This document shows positions 1 through 10,152 of a stretch of DNA of 64,000 bases, piece by piece. Positions within the stretch are counted from its first letter, which is position 1. Each line of letters opens with the position of its first letter. A program made the translations under genes and the position numbers. Below the pieces are notes generated by a model, which searched no databases, had not been told where the DNA came from, and saw nothing but the letters and a program-made list of their open reading frames with translations. The stretch comes from Verrucomicrobiales bacterium (lineage in GTDB: Bacteria; Verrucomicrobiota; Verrucomicrobiia; Verrucomicrobiales; V1-33), in the NCBI GenBank assembly GCA_031411295.1, contig JANOAV010000157.1, positions 126,284-190,283 on the forward strand. Direction: 5' to 3'.

Positions 1-2
1 TC

Positions 3-2933
3 CTAGCCGACACGCGCGATTCCCGCTGGAAACGTGAAGCCTTGATAGATCAGCTCATCGGCTCTGAACCTTGGGTCGAACAATGGTCTAACAAGTGGGC
101 GGACCTCCTGCAAGTAAACAGTAAATTTCTCGGGGGTGAAGGAGCCAAGCTCTTCCGGGAATGGATTCGCAAGGAAGTGGCCGCCAACACGCCCTACGAT
201 GAGTTCGTCCGCAAAATCATTACCGCCACGGGGTCGAATCGCGAGCAGCCACCCGCCTCCTATTTTAAGATCCTGCGCGAGCCCACGGAAATGATGGAGA
301 ACACGACCCATTTATTTCTCGCCACGCGCTTCAATTGCAACAAATGCCACGACCATCCCTTCGAACGCTGGACGCAGGATCAATACTATCAGATGACCGC
401 CTACTTCGCCCAGGTAGGTTTGGAACGCGATCCCGAAAGTGGGGATCGCAACATTGGAGGCACCGCCGTGGAAGGGGCTAAGCCATTATTTGAAAAGGTC
501 GTCGACAAACCCTCAGGCGACACCAAGCACGAACGCACGGGTGCCATCACGCCACCGAAGTTTCCCTATGCGGCCAAGTTTGTCAGCCTGCCCGCGCCCC
601 CCGCCAAACCAGATGCCAAACCGGAGCCGAGCACGCGACGCGCTGAACTAGCCAATTGGATTACCAGCGCCGACAACCAATATTTCGCCAAGAGCTTCAC
701 CAACCGCATCTTCGGCTACCTCACCGGAACCGGACTCATTGAGCCACTGGACGACATCCGCGCCGGCAATCCAGCCTCGAATCCAGAACTGCTCGACTGG
801 CTGACCCAGCAATTTATCGCCAGCAAATTCAACGTGCGGGAACTCATGCGCCTCGTCTGCCAAAGCCGCGTCTATCAGCTCTCCATGGTAACCAATCAGT
901 GGAATGAAGACGATCAGGTCAACTACAGCCACGGCAAAGTGCGGCGTTTACCCTCAGAGACTTTATATGATGCCATCTACCGCGTAACCGGAGCCACCTC
1001 TAACATTCCTGGCGTGGCCCCCGGCACGCGCGCTGCCGCCCTGCAGGACAGTCAGACTAATCCCACCGACGGCTTCCTCGTAAACCTCGGTCGCCCCGTG
1101 CGGGAGAGCGCCTGCGAATGTGAACGCAGTGCTGACCTCCAGATGGGTCCCATCATGGCCCTCATCAGTGGCCCATCCGTAGGCGATGCGATCAGCCAAC
1201 CCGGCAATGCCATCGCCAAGCTGGAAACCGAACACAAAGATGATCTCAAGCTGGTGCAGGAAATCTTCCTGCGTTTCATCGGACGTTTCCCCACGGACGC
1301 CGAAGCGAAATCCTCTCTGGATGCGATGAACAGTCACGCCGCTGAAAACGCGCAATTAGTAAAAGTCCTTGAGGAATACCGGGCCTCCATTGCGCCCCAA
1401 CGCGATGCCATGGCGCAGAAGCGGGAAGCAGACATCGCTCAGGCCCAGGCAACGCTAGCAGCCTATCAAAAAGAAATCGCCCCCCGGCAAGCCGCATCCG
1501 AGCAACAACACCAAACCGCAATCGCAGCGGCCGAACTGTCCGTGCAGGTGCGGGAAACCGCCTTGCAGGCCGAACTGCCAGAATGGGAGAAATCCCGCCA
1601 GGGTCAGACCGCGTGGAATTTGCTGGATCCACTAACCATGACCTCCTCGAAACCAAAGGCCGTGCTAACTCGAGAGGCAGACCGCAGCATCTTCAGCAGT
1701 GGCGCAGAAGGCAAACAAACCTGGACAGTCACCACTCCGCTCGACTCCCCCACCCTGACTGGCGTGCGACTGGAAGCCCTAACTGATCCCAGAATCCCCG
1801 CCAACGGCCCCGGCCGCAGCGGCATGGGCAATTTCGTGCTCACCGAGCTACAGGTATCCTACCTGCCAAAGATTTCCCCGGACTGGAAACTTGCTGCTGA
1901 AACGGATTTCACCAAGCCAAGCGAGTGGAAATCCACCAGCGCCTGCACCGTTGAGGCCAGTGAGAAGGGATTAGTGGTGAAGAACGCCCCGAACAGCCGC
2001 AAAGCCACCATCAACGGCCCCATTAAAGCAGGGGCTGGCGACTATGTCGCAGAGTTTGTCATTTCTGGACCTGCCAATCTGAAACATCGCCTCTACTGGA
2101 CCACCCAGAAGGATTTCAACACCGCCGAACCTCGTAGCGCCGTCCCCGCTCAATCCTTCCAACAAGACAGCACCAGCACCGTGCAATTCGCCCTCAATGC
2201 TGACAGCGAACTCCTCGGCCTGCATCTCCAGACGGACAATGCCAACGTAACCTTCACGATCCAATCTCTCCGGGTCTATGCGGGCAAGCCTGCCACCGAG
2301 ACGACGCTGGCGTTCAGCGATGCCCAAGCCACCTACAGTCAGGCTAATTTCGAAATTAAGAAAGCCATCGACGGGGAACTCAAGGCCAGCGACAACGGTT
2401 GGGCCATCATCCCTGAAGGCTCGGGCAAACCTCAGACTGCTTTCTTCACCACCAAAGACCCAGTCACCTTGCCCCCGGGCGGTGTGTGGCTGAAATTTGC
2501 CCTGATCCAAGAGTATCAAGACGGCAAACACATGCTGGGAAAATTCCGCCTCAGCGCCACTGACGCTGCGGCCCCCCTAAATTTCGGCCTCCCCCAAGAT
2601 GTCGTCGAAGCCTTGGCGATAGCTCCCGCCCAACGCACCGAAGTCCAGCAGCAGATCATCTTCACCAACTACCGCAGCCAGGATGCGGAATACCAGAAGC
2701 GCCTCCTCGCCCTAAGCCAAGCTAAAAAGCCCCTGCCCGTAGATCCACAACTCGTCGGCTTGGAAACATCCTTGAAGAACGCGCAACTTCCTTTACCGCA
2801 AGATCGAACCTTAGCGCAATATGAAAGAGATCTTGAACTCAGTAAGCAGCAACTAATCAATCCCCGCCTTACAGGCGCGCAAGATCTCGGCTGGGCCTTG
2901 ATCAACAGTCCCTCCTTCCTGTTTAACAGATAG
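3..2933 (+). CDS. DUF1549/DUF1553 (PSD1/PSCyt-type) domain protein, 5'-partial
   Basis: Frame is open from position 3. It has W-ADLL, CNKCHDHPFERW, R-ELANWIT--DN-YFA--F-NRI and GRP-RESACECER motifs, and ends DLGWALINSPSFLFNR, all typical of DUF1549/1553 proteins. Confidence 0.9.
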   Translation, partial: LADTRDSRWKREALIDQLIGSEPWVEQWSNKWADLLQVNSKFLGGEGAKLFREWIRKEVAANTPYDEFVRKIITATGSNREQPPASYFKILREPTEMMENTTHLFLATRFNCNKCHDHPFERWTQDQYYQMTAYFAQVGLERDPESGDRNIGGTAVEGAKPLFEKVVDKPSGDTKHERTGAITPPKFPYAAKFVSLPAPPAKPDAKPEPSTRRAELANWITSADNQYFAKSFTNRIFGYLTGTGLIEPLDDIRAGNPASNPELLDWLTQQFIASKFNVRELMRLVCQSRVYQLSMVTNQWNEDDQVNYSHGKVRRLPSETLYDAIYRVTGATSNIPGVAPGTRAAALQDSQTNPTDGFLVNLGRPVRESACECERSADLQMGPIMALISGPSVGDAISQPGNAIAKLETEHKDDLKLVQEIFLRFIGRFPTDAEAKSSLDAMNSHAAENAQLVKVLEEYRASIAPQRDAMAQKREADIAQAQATLAAYQKEIAPRQAASEQQHQTAIAAAELSVQVRETALQAELPEWEKSRQGQTAWNLLDPLTMTSSKPKAVLTREADRSIFSSGAEGKQTWTVTTPLDSPTLTGVRLEALTDPRIPANGPGRSGMGNFVLTELQVSYLPKISPDWKLAAETDFTKPSEWKSTSACTVEASEKGLVVKNAPNSRKATINGPIKAGAGDYVAEFVISGPANLKHRLYWTTQKDFNTAEPRSAVPAQSFQQDSTSTVQFALNADSELLGLHLQTDNANVTFTIQSLRVYAGKPATETTLAFSDAQATYSQANFEIKKAIDGELKASDNGWAIIPEGSGKPQTAFFTTKDPVTLPPGGVWLKFALIQEYQDGKHMLGKFRLSATDAAAPLNFGLPQDVVEALAIAPAQRTEVQQQIIFTNYRSQDAEYQKRLLALSQAKKPLPVDPQLVGLETSLKNAQLPLPQDRTLAQYERDLELSKQQLINPRLTGAQDLGWALINSPSFLFNR

Positions 2934-3114
2934 GGAAGCGGCAGCGCTGGTCGCGGCTGGCGAGGCTGATTTTAACCCTGCGGCCTCTGTGCGGCGGTTA
3001 AACGTGAACTCATCATTAAATTGCTAGTATTAATAGTTTAGGCTTGCCGTCTCACGTCAATCTGATAGAAGCTAGGGAAACAAAGGGTGAATTACTTCCC
3101 TTTGCCCCCTCCTC

Positions 3115-5670
3115 ATGTCCCCCTTTCAGTCGCAATCTTCGACCTGCCCTCGCCTAGCAGCCCTAGTGCGCATGATTCTGCTTTGCCAAGGATTGATGGG
3201 TTGGGCCTATGCGGACCCGGTGATTCGAAATCTGAAGCTGGCACAACTTCCCGGCAGCCAACAGGTGGTTATTTCTTACGAATTAAGCGGCGTTCAGCGC
3301 CCTGCCGAGGTGCAAGTCAGCGTCTCGATCGACGGCGGCCTTACCTACGCCGCGTCCACCCACCTAACTGGGGATGTGGGCAATGCCGTGAACCCCGACC
3401 TCAATCGTCAGATCATCTGGGATGCAGGATTGGACTGGGCCGGTCAAACTATCACCAACGCCACGATCCGGCTGAAGGCAGTGGATTCCGTGCCTAACGA
3501 CGCATCTCTCGCTCCTGAGACGCTGGAGTTTATTAACCGGGCCACGGCTGCTGGCGATCCCGTGGATCCACCGGCCCGGCGGGCTCTCGACGATTTTGTG
3601 AGAGAAACCAAACGCCTTGGCTTCTGGCCCCAGATGGTCTTTGTTCCCTGCCGTCAAGGTTATGGAGCCATGCATCCATTAGGCGGCAGCCCTCTGCGCA
3701 CGAATACTAAATTCGTGCGTCAAGGCACCACCACCCTAACTTCTGACGGGGTGAGCTTCGTGCCTGGTGGCGGATGGACGAATCGTGTGCAGACGCCGTT
3801 TATCTGGAATCAGGCCCAGGAACCAATCTTCGTTGGGGTGGTGGGACATACGAATTCCGGCCCCAAAGTCAACCCAGGCTACTCCTTCCTTCGCTGCGGC
3901 AACGGCACCCAGTCAAATCTCCTCGGCACCTATAGTTGTGGTGAAGTGGGCCGGGAGGTTGTCATGGGATATTCCACGCCCACTGCGGCCAGCGGTGACT
4001 TTTTATTGTGCAGCAATCAGTGCACGACACTGCGACGGTCAAATTTCGCAGGAGCACAGTTTGACGGCACCCAGGTTCTCCGATGTGTCCACAATCACAA
4101 CTTCCGCAATCTATCTCATCCCATTAGCACGACGGGACATCCCACCGGAGCCGTCAGTTTTCTTCAGGCGACCTCTGAAAGCGAAACCCATGTCATCCAA
4201 GGTTGTTTGTTACTTTATGGGAGCGTAGCGGCACTGCCCATGGCCCAATTTTGGCCCCTGACGGCAGCGACCTATCTCAAGGACACTCGCAACCCGTATA
4301 CCTACCTGTGCGTGGGCGGACAAAGTAATGCCGGAGCCGTCACGCCAGATCATTTGGCGTTTGGCGCGTGGCAGCAGACGAACGCTCCTTTCTTTCATTA
4401 CTCCAGCTACAGCTATGGCGGGCAACCTATTTCCTATTGGCTCGGCACAGATCCACTGGCACCAATCCGCACCCCCGCCTATCAAAGCGCCAAAGCCATT
4501 TGGCTGGGTGGCCGCCTTGACCTCGCGACCGTTGATTGGGACGGGGTTTACCTATGGGTCCAAGGAGAGACGGATACGCTGCTGGACAGTGACACCGCAA
4601 TTTACCGCCGTCAGTTGGATAACTTGTGCCACTTCCTCCGTGCGGACCTAAAACCTGACCTGATCATGGCCGTGGCACAAATCGACTATGCGGTGCAGGA
4701 ACGCACGAATCCCTCCTTCGGCAGCTTTTTCATCACCAATTGTGCCGGCACGGCCACCCATCTCAACGGCCTCTACACCCCGACCCAATTCAGCCAATTG
4801 GCGGACGCCTTCACGGACTACACCTGGCATTTCGGGGACATCCAATTGACGCGTGACGGAGGCCCCAGCCAGAACCGTTGGCGATTCACCCAAAAGGGCG
4901 CCACGTATTACACTGCTGATCAGGATGAGCCCCATCCGGTGTTAGTTTCAACTTGGAGTGCTGAAAATGGCGCCACCCAAAGCCCCGTCGTAAACCACTC
5001 GCGAACTGGCAATATCGAAATTGTCCGCAAAGCGCAGCGGGAATTTGTCGCCCAGACGCCGCGCAGCTTTCTGCTGGATACCCGTGGCGCGGAACGCGGC
5101 ATCGACACTGGAAATGGCAACACTGACACCGTGCACTTAACCCAGCAAAACGGTCACAAAACGCTGGCTGAGCGCTTTGCGACCGCCTGGACGACTTACT
5201 CTGGTGGCAGCACCGCCGTTTCTAACCCAATTAACCTGAACACAGAAACACCGCTGAATCGCTGGATGCAAGACCAGGGACTCAGCGGTGCAGCCGCGCT
5301 ATTGTCTGCCACCCCACACAATGATGGGGTAACGAATTTGGAGAAATACGCCTTTAACTTAACTCAGGGAGTGCCTGCAAATTCTGTCCTGAACGCCTCC
5401 GGTAACTATGGATTCCCAAGAGTTTTTGTTCGCAACGAATCGGGCAACAAGAAACTTTGCCTAGAAGTAGTTCGTCGTAAGAACGACCCTCAACTGAGCT
5501 ACCAAGCAAATTTTTGGGTCGATGGCCAACCTGCTATCCGTGTGCTCACTCCCATCAGCAGCGTAAATCTGGATGCAACTTGGGAACGCGTGACTTATGA
5601 AGCCCCACCGATACTTTGGAATGCGCCCAAGGTATTCGCGCGCGTTAAGCTTGGCTATACTCCGCCGTAG
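3115..5670 (+). CDS. Secreted modular protein with SGNH/sialate O-acetylesterase-like (SASA) domain
   Basis: Signal-like N-terminus; GQSN, WVQGETD and DTVH motifs; C-terminal DGVTNLEKYAFNL...VRRK module common in verrucomicrobial secreted proteins. Confidence 0.7.
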   Translation: MSPFQSQSSTCPRLAALVRMILLCQGLMGWAYADPVIRNLKLAQLPGSQQVVISYELSGVQRPAEVQVSVSIDGGLTYAASTHLTGDVGNAVNPDLNRQIIWDAGLDWAGQTITNATIRLKAVDSVPNDASLAPETLEFINRATAAGDPVDPPARRALDDFVRETKRLGFWPQMVFVPCRQGYGAMHPLGGSPLRTNTKFVRQGTTTLTSDGVSFVPGGGWTNRVQTPFIWNQAQEPIFVGVVGHTNSGPKVNPGYSFLRCGNGTQSNLLGTYSCGEVGREVVMGYSTPTAASGDFLLCSNQCTTLRRSNFAGAQFDGTQVLRCVHNHNFRNLSHPISTTGHPTGAVSFLQATSESETHVIQGCLLLYGSVAALPMAQFWPLTAATYLKDTRNPYTYLCVGGQSNAGAVTPDHLAFGAWQQTNAPFFHYSSYSYGGQPISYWLGTDPLAPIRTPAYQSAKAIWLGGRLDLATVDWDGVYLWVQGETDTLLDSDTAIYRRQLDNLCHFLRADLKPDLIMAVAQIDYAVQERTNPSFGSFFITNCAGTATHLNGLYTPTQFSQLADAFTDYTWHFGDIQLTRDGGPSQNRWRFTQKGATYYTADQDEPHPVLVSTWSAENGATQSPVVNHSRTGNIEIVRKAQREFVAQTPRSFLLDTRGAERGIDTGNGNTDTVHLTQQNGHKTLAERFATAWTTYSGGSTAVSNPINLNTETPLNRWMQDQGLSGAAALLSATPHNDGVTNLEKYAFNLTQGVPANSVLNASGNYGFPRVFVRNESGNKKLCLEVVRRKNDPQLSYQANFWVDGQPAIRVLTPISSVNLDATWERVTYEAPPILWNAPKVFARVKLGYTPP

Positions 5671-7573
5671 CACTCAGTTTGCGCAAGGTAATACTCGCCC
5701 CAAGCGCCACCAAGCCGAGCCACAAGAGTAATTTCCCGCTATTCAAGACATCATGGCAGATCGCTGCCAGCGGACCGTAGGCGAGCGGCTCAGAGAACGC
5801 CATCCAGGCATGACCGACTTCATCGTCTTTGGCAACCACCCGATACTCTCCCGGCCCCGGCAGCTTGACGCAGACGCTTTCCCGGTCTCGCAGAATGGAG
5901 GGTAGCGTGGTCCTCAAAGCACTGAAAATGTCGATCGACTCACCGCCCCCCACTTTCTCCAATACCAATGAACGACCGGGCAAGCGATACCCTTTTAACC
6001 GGGCCTTTTTATCGAGGATGAGGTCAAAGTAGAGATAAGGCAGCTCACAATGGAAGGGCTGAGAAGTAAAGCTGCGCTCCGCATCAGGCTGATCAGAAGT
6101 GGTGAACGTGCCCCAGTATTTCAAATACGGTCTGGCCGAATAATTTGGAGGAAAACCACCTTGAATGAACCCTGTCGAAGTCGGTTCGGAGGTTAGGGGG
6201 AATCCGCCCACGACCGCAGCCGGCAACATCGCAGACTCATTCCCGGTCCGGTCAATGCGCTCCATGATAACCTTCACATCATGCCCCAAATCAAAGGGAT
6301 CCTCTTCCGTAGCAGGCTGCGCTTCCACAATTGTTTGTGTATCCCCCCGAGCATAAGCCGCCATCCGCGCTTGGCGGATGCCTTGATCCCACTCGCCATT
6401 CTCCGTGGTCGCCCAAGGCAAGACGCGCCAGAAAAAATTCACTCCCATGCCGGCCACCGTCAACCCCACCCAGGCAAACGTGATCCATCGCCCCCAAGAA
6501 AGTTTCGACTGCGCCAAACCCAAGCCCTTAGGCAACGCTAGAATAGCGGCATTCACCAGCGGCCCCAGCATTAGAATATCGTAATAGCGATTCCCCGGCA
6601 CTCCGCCGTTGTTATTTTCTCCACGGAAAATGGCGATCCCAGCGCACTGGAGTGCCAGCCCAGCCCCCAAGAGAAACAGCAACGACTCCGACTTCGTGGC
6701 CGCAGCGGGATTTTTCAACCAGCGCCACGCCAAGCAGAACCAAGGGATAAAAGCCAGTAGCCCCGCCGGCCAGGCGAAAACCGTCGGCCATCCCAGACCA
6801 CGTAGGAACGGCAACAAGGTGGTGCGTAGGCCATCGTGTTTGGTCAGTTCTTCAGTCGTCTTGGGAATATTCAAGTAAACCGCGAGAAACAACGCTAGAT
6901 GCAGGGCCGCAAAAATGAAGTGTTCCCGACGCGAATTGCCTACCCGATGAACCCCCAGCCAAATAAAATAACTCGCTGCCACCAATGCCGTTAGGCTGCC
7001 TGAGCCAAGCGCAAAGGTGGCCAGTCCGCAGAGCCCCAGAGACAAACCTGCCCTGAGCCATGGGCGCTGCACCGAGCTGAGCACCCAGGCCCCCAAGACC
7101 GTCAACCACATCATCCATGAAAAGCAGGAAAGAAACGCCCAGAGCGTGCGACCTCCGGCCCACGGAATCGCAAAAGTCGCTAATGCCAGTCCGTAAACCA
7201 ACCCGCCATTTTTGCCACTGGCCCGCACCGCCAACCAACTTGCGGTCAACGCAAAGAGGCAGAAAATCCCCGCGTGCATCACGTTCTCAATTCGCAGTTG
7301 CCAGGGACCATTCAATTTTACGCCCAAGGCCTCCTGGAATTTCGTAAAGAAAATCCGGTGCTGTCCGTGCGGCACGAGCAAATGACCACTAAACAACGGC
7401 ACTTTGCCATCGTGCACTTCAGCAATTTCATCAAAGACCCGCCAATCGTCCGATAGCGGAGCGTCTGTCGCCAGTCGATTGCACACCGAAAGCCTGACGC
7501 CCAACACGATCAGCGCGAAGGCCAACCAAGGCAGCAGTGCCAGCAGGCGGGTTTTCCAAGAGGAAGCAATCAT
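5645..7573 (-). CDS. Multi-pass membrane protein, putative GT-C-like sugar transferase
   Basis: About 12 hydrophobic segments; SDDW acidic motif after TM1 and HGQHR; soluble C-terminal domain; last gene of the polysaccharide operon. Confidence 0.6.
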   Translation of the reverse strand: MIASSWKTRLLALLPWLAFALIVLGVRLSVCNRLATDAPLSDDWRVFDEIAEVHDGKVPLFSGHLLVPHGQHRIFFTKFQEALGVKLNGPWQLRIENVMHAGIFCLFALTASWLAVRASGKNGGLVYGLALATFAIPWAGGRTLWAFLSCFSWMMWLTVLGAWVLSSVQRPWLRAGLSLGLCGLATFALGSGSLTALVAASYFIWLGVHRVGNSRREHFIFAALHLALFLAVYLNIPKTTEELTKHDGLRTTLLPFLRGLGWPTVFAWPAGLLAFIPWFCLAWRWLKNPAAATKSESLLFLLGAGLALQCAGIAIFRGENNNGGVPGNRYYDILMLGPLVNAAILALPKGLGLAQSKLSWGRWITFAWVGLTVAGMGVNFFWRVLPWATTENGEWDQGIRQARMAAYARGDTQTIVEAQPATEEDPFDLGHDVKVIMERIDRTGNESAMLPAAVVGGFPLTSEPTSTGFIQGGFPPNYSARPYLKYWGTFTTSDQPDAERSFTSQPFHCELPYLYFDLILDKKARLKGYRLPGRSLVLEKVGGGESIDIFSALRTTLPSILRDRESVCVKLPGPGEYRVVAKDDEVGHAWMAFSEPLAYGPLAAICHDVLNSGKLLLWLGLVALGASITLRKLSATAEYSQA

Positions 7574-7588
7574 ACTCTTTAAATCGTA

Positions 7589-8263
7589 TTACTTTAGCGG
7601 TTTTTGACCCACCACGAGGAATTGTTTCCCCAGAAAGCGCCAAGCGAAAGGCAGCGCGAGATACCACTGCATCAGGACGACCGGCGGCTGGAAGCCTTCA
7701 GACATCGTGTAGGGCAGAAATGCTCGATCTTCGCGCAGCACGTCAAAACCAATCGTCTGCATGGCTTCAGCCAACGATTTCTCCGTCAGTGCCACGTGGT
7801 GATCGTAGAAATCCCAATAGACCCCGTGCAACAAATTGATGTTGGGACCCATCGCGACTAATCGCCCTCCTGGACGCAAACAGCGCCAGGCTTCTCCCAG
7901 CGTTTTGCGCAGACATTCCTTGTTGGGCAGGTGCTCAAAAAAGTTGCTCGTGAACACGGCATCCAGACTATTCTCCGGAACCTGCCATTCAGCCGAGCAG
8001 TCCTGCTGGAGAAAGGTTATCGCTGGATCCAAGCGGGCCGCAGTATCAGGATTTAAGTCCATCGCATAGCGCGTGGAGGCCTTAACGGTGTTGATGAATT
8101 CACCGTAACCACAGCCCAAATCCAGCACGGTTTGCGCGCCATTCAGACAGTTCTTTTCGAACCATGCCGTAAGCACGTGCCAGACCGCTTGGCGATATTT
8201 CTCCTGGCCGGAGAAACGCTGACGATAAATAGTGGAGAGTTCTTGAGGGATGGGATCAGACAT
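7589..8263 (-). CDS. Class I SAM-dependent methyltransferase
   Basis: VLDLGCGYG motif I; FFEHL; LRPGG. Confidence 0.9.
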   Translation of the reverse strand: MSDPIPQELSTIYRQRFSGQEKYRQAVWHVLTAWFEKNCLNGAQTVLDLGCGYGEFINTVKASTRYAMDLNPDTAARLDPAITFLQQDCSAEWQVPENSLDAVFTSNFFEHLPNKECLRKTLGEAWRCLRPGGRLVAMGPNINLLHGVYWDFYDHHVALTEKSLAEAMQTIGFDVLREDRAFLPYTMSEGFQPPVVLMQWYLALPFAWRFLGKQFLVVGQKPLK

Positions 8264-9038
8264 CGCGTTTTAGGTAGTCACCTCGGCTGAGGTATTTTTC
8301 GATTAAACAATAGAGAATAATAAAGAGATAGCGACTGCCCATTTCGCGCAGTTTCAGTTTCGCCACCCCGGCCTTGCGGTTGCGCCAGGAAATGGGCACC
8401 ACCGTCCAAGTGTAACCCCGCACGATAGCCTTGAGCGGAATTTCCACCGTCAGATTGAAGTGCGGGGAGATGAGCGGGCTGCAGCCTCGCAGCACCTCGC
8501 GTCGGTAAGCCTTGAACGCATTCGTCGTATCGTTGAGGCGAATTCCAAAGAGGAATCGAATCATCGTATTCACGATTCGGTTCATCAGCATCTTAACTTT
8601 TGGATAGTCGTAGGTGGCGCCCCCTTTGACGAAGCGACTGCCAAAAACACAGTCCCAGCCCTGGTTGAGCTTTTCCCAATAAACCACGGCATCATTGGGA
8701 TCGTCGGATTCATCCGCCATCATGACGCAGAGCGCATCTCCAGTGGCATGCTCCATGCCACAAAGAATCGCGCGTCCGAAGCCGTTGGACCCAAGATTCT
8801 GCACGGGTCGCAACTCCACAATCACAGCCGCCTTAGCCTGCAATAACGCCCAGGTTCCATCCGTGCTGCCGTCATCGACGACCACGATTTCATGGGGAAT
8901 GCCTTTAGCGCTCAGCACGCCATGCAAATGATCAATCGTCTGCCCTACGCTGCCTTCTTCATTGCGAGCTGGAATTACGAAACTCAGGCAAGTGAGTTTT
9001 GCAGCATTGGGATTAGGCTGATTGAGAGGTGCGGCCAT
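8256..9038 (-). CDS. GT2 glycosyltransferase, polyprenol-phosphate sugar synthase (DPM1/GtrB-like)
   Basis: VIPARNEE, VVDDGSTDGT, MADESD, FGSRF motifs. Start placed at ATG 9038 to avoid overlapping the upstream gene. Confidence 0.88.
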   Translation of the reverse strand: MAAPLNQPNPNAAKLTCLSFVIPARNEEGSVGQTIDHLHGVLSAKGIPHEIVVVDDGSTDGTWALLQAKAAVIVELRPVQNLGSNGFGRAILCGMEHATGDALCVMMADESDDPNDAVVYWEKLNQGWDCVFGSRFVKGGATYDYPKVKMLMNRIVNTMIRFLFGIRLNDTTNAFKAYRREVLRGCSPLISPHFNLTVEIPLKAIVRGYTWTVVPISWRNRKAGVAKLKLREMGSRYLFIILYCLIEKYLSRGDYLKRDV

Positions 9039-9060
9039 GACGTTAGTTTTAAATTTCTCC

Positions 9061-10128
9061 TTAAGCTCCCGTGAGCGCGAGCCAATGCGGATGACTCTCG
9101 ACGTGCTCGGCAATTTCTTCCAAAATCACCGGCAGCGGACTTCTTACCTGCCAGTCCCAAGTCGATTCCGCAAGGGTTGCATCCAGCACAATCCAAGGCA
9201 GATCAAATGGTCGAGGGGTGCCATCGCGAATCACTTCATTTACCCCCCAGCGCGGCTCTGCCCAAGCGCTTAACTGAGCAAGCGACATACTGTTGGCAAG
9301 CCCGCCTGACACGTTGAATATTCTAGTATCGAGTTTGCGATCCGCCGCATCGATTTGTTTCAACAACAACGGCACCAGATCCCGTGGGTGTAGCGCATCC
9401 CGCACTTGCAGGCCCTCTCCACCAAAACCCAGATAACGCAGCGTCCGCCGTGCCTTCCAAGCGTGGAGCCAGAAACTATAGATCCCCTGATCGGCCCGTC
9501 CGAACTGACCTGCACCTGCCAACACGCCGCACCGATTAATCCAAACCGGAAAATTGAAGACACTGCCATACTCAAGCGCCAGTAATTCTGATGCCAATTT
9601 ACTGGACCCATAGAGTGACAATGGCGGTGCTGTAGAAAAACTTTCCGCAAAGCCTCGTCCACTTACCCCTGCCGTGGCATCGTATAGTTCTGGTTCGAAG
9701 CGATTCCCCACCGCCCGCACCGGCAGAGCGCTCATGCCCGGAACCGAATACACGCGACTGGTGCTCAGCAGCAAAAACGTTGCTTTGTGTTGCCGACAAT
9801 ATTCCAGCAAATTAATCGTTCCGCCCAGATTGTGCTCCAGCAATTGTCGGGAACTGCTCTTGCCATCTACTCCTGCCAGCACACTGGGATTGGCGGCCGC
9901 GTCAATCACCACATCGGCTGATGGCAGCGCATCGATATCCGACGTGGCTCGCAGATCTGCGTGCATCACCTTGATCCCTAATTCCCGCAGCGCAGCACGA
10001 TTGATCTCGGATCCCTCGCGGACAAAGCTGTCGAAGCCGAATATCTCCAAGCCTGGACGCTCCTCCAGCAAAGTCTTGGCCAACCACGAGCCAACGAAGC
10101 CACAGATACCGCTGATCAAAATGCGCAT
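9061..10128 (-). CDS. NAD-dependent epimerase/dehydratase (CDP-paratose 2-epimerase-like)
   Basis: GICGFVG, YGSSK, QVRDALH motifs. Confidence 0.85.
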   Translation of the reverse strand: MRILISGICGFVGSWLAKTLLEERPGLEIFGFDSFVREGSEINRAALRELGIKVMHADLRATSDIDALPSADVVIDAAANPSVLAGVDGKSSSRQLLEHNLGGTINLLEYCRQHKATFLLLSTSRVYSVPGMSALPVRAVGNRFEPELYDATAGVSGRGFAESFSTAPPLSLYGSSKLASELLALEYGSVFNFPVWINRCGVLAGAGQFGRADQGIYSFWLHAWKARRTLRYLGFGGEGLQVRDALHPRDLVPLLLKQIDAADRKLDTRIFNVSGGLANSMSLAQLSAWAEPRWGVNEVIRDGTPRPFDLPWIVLDATLAESTWDWQVRSPLPVILEEIAEHVESHPHWLALTGA

Positions 10129-10152
10129 AGCTAATTTATGAAGTGTCAGGGG

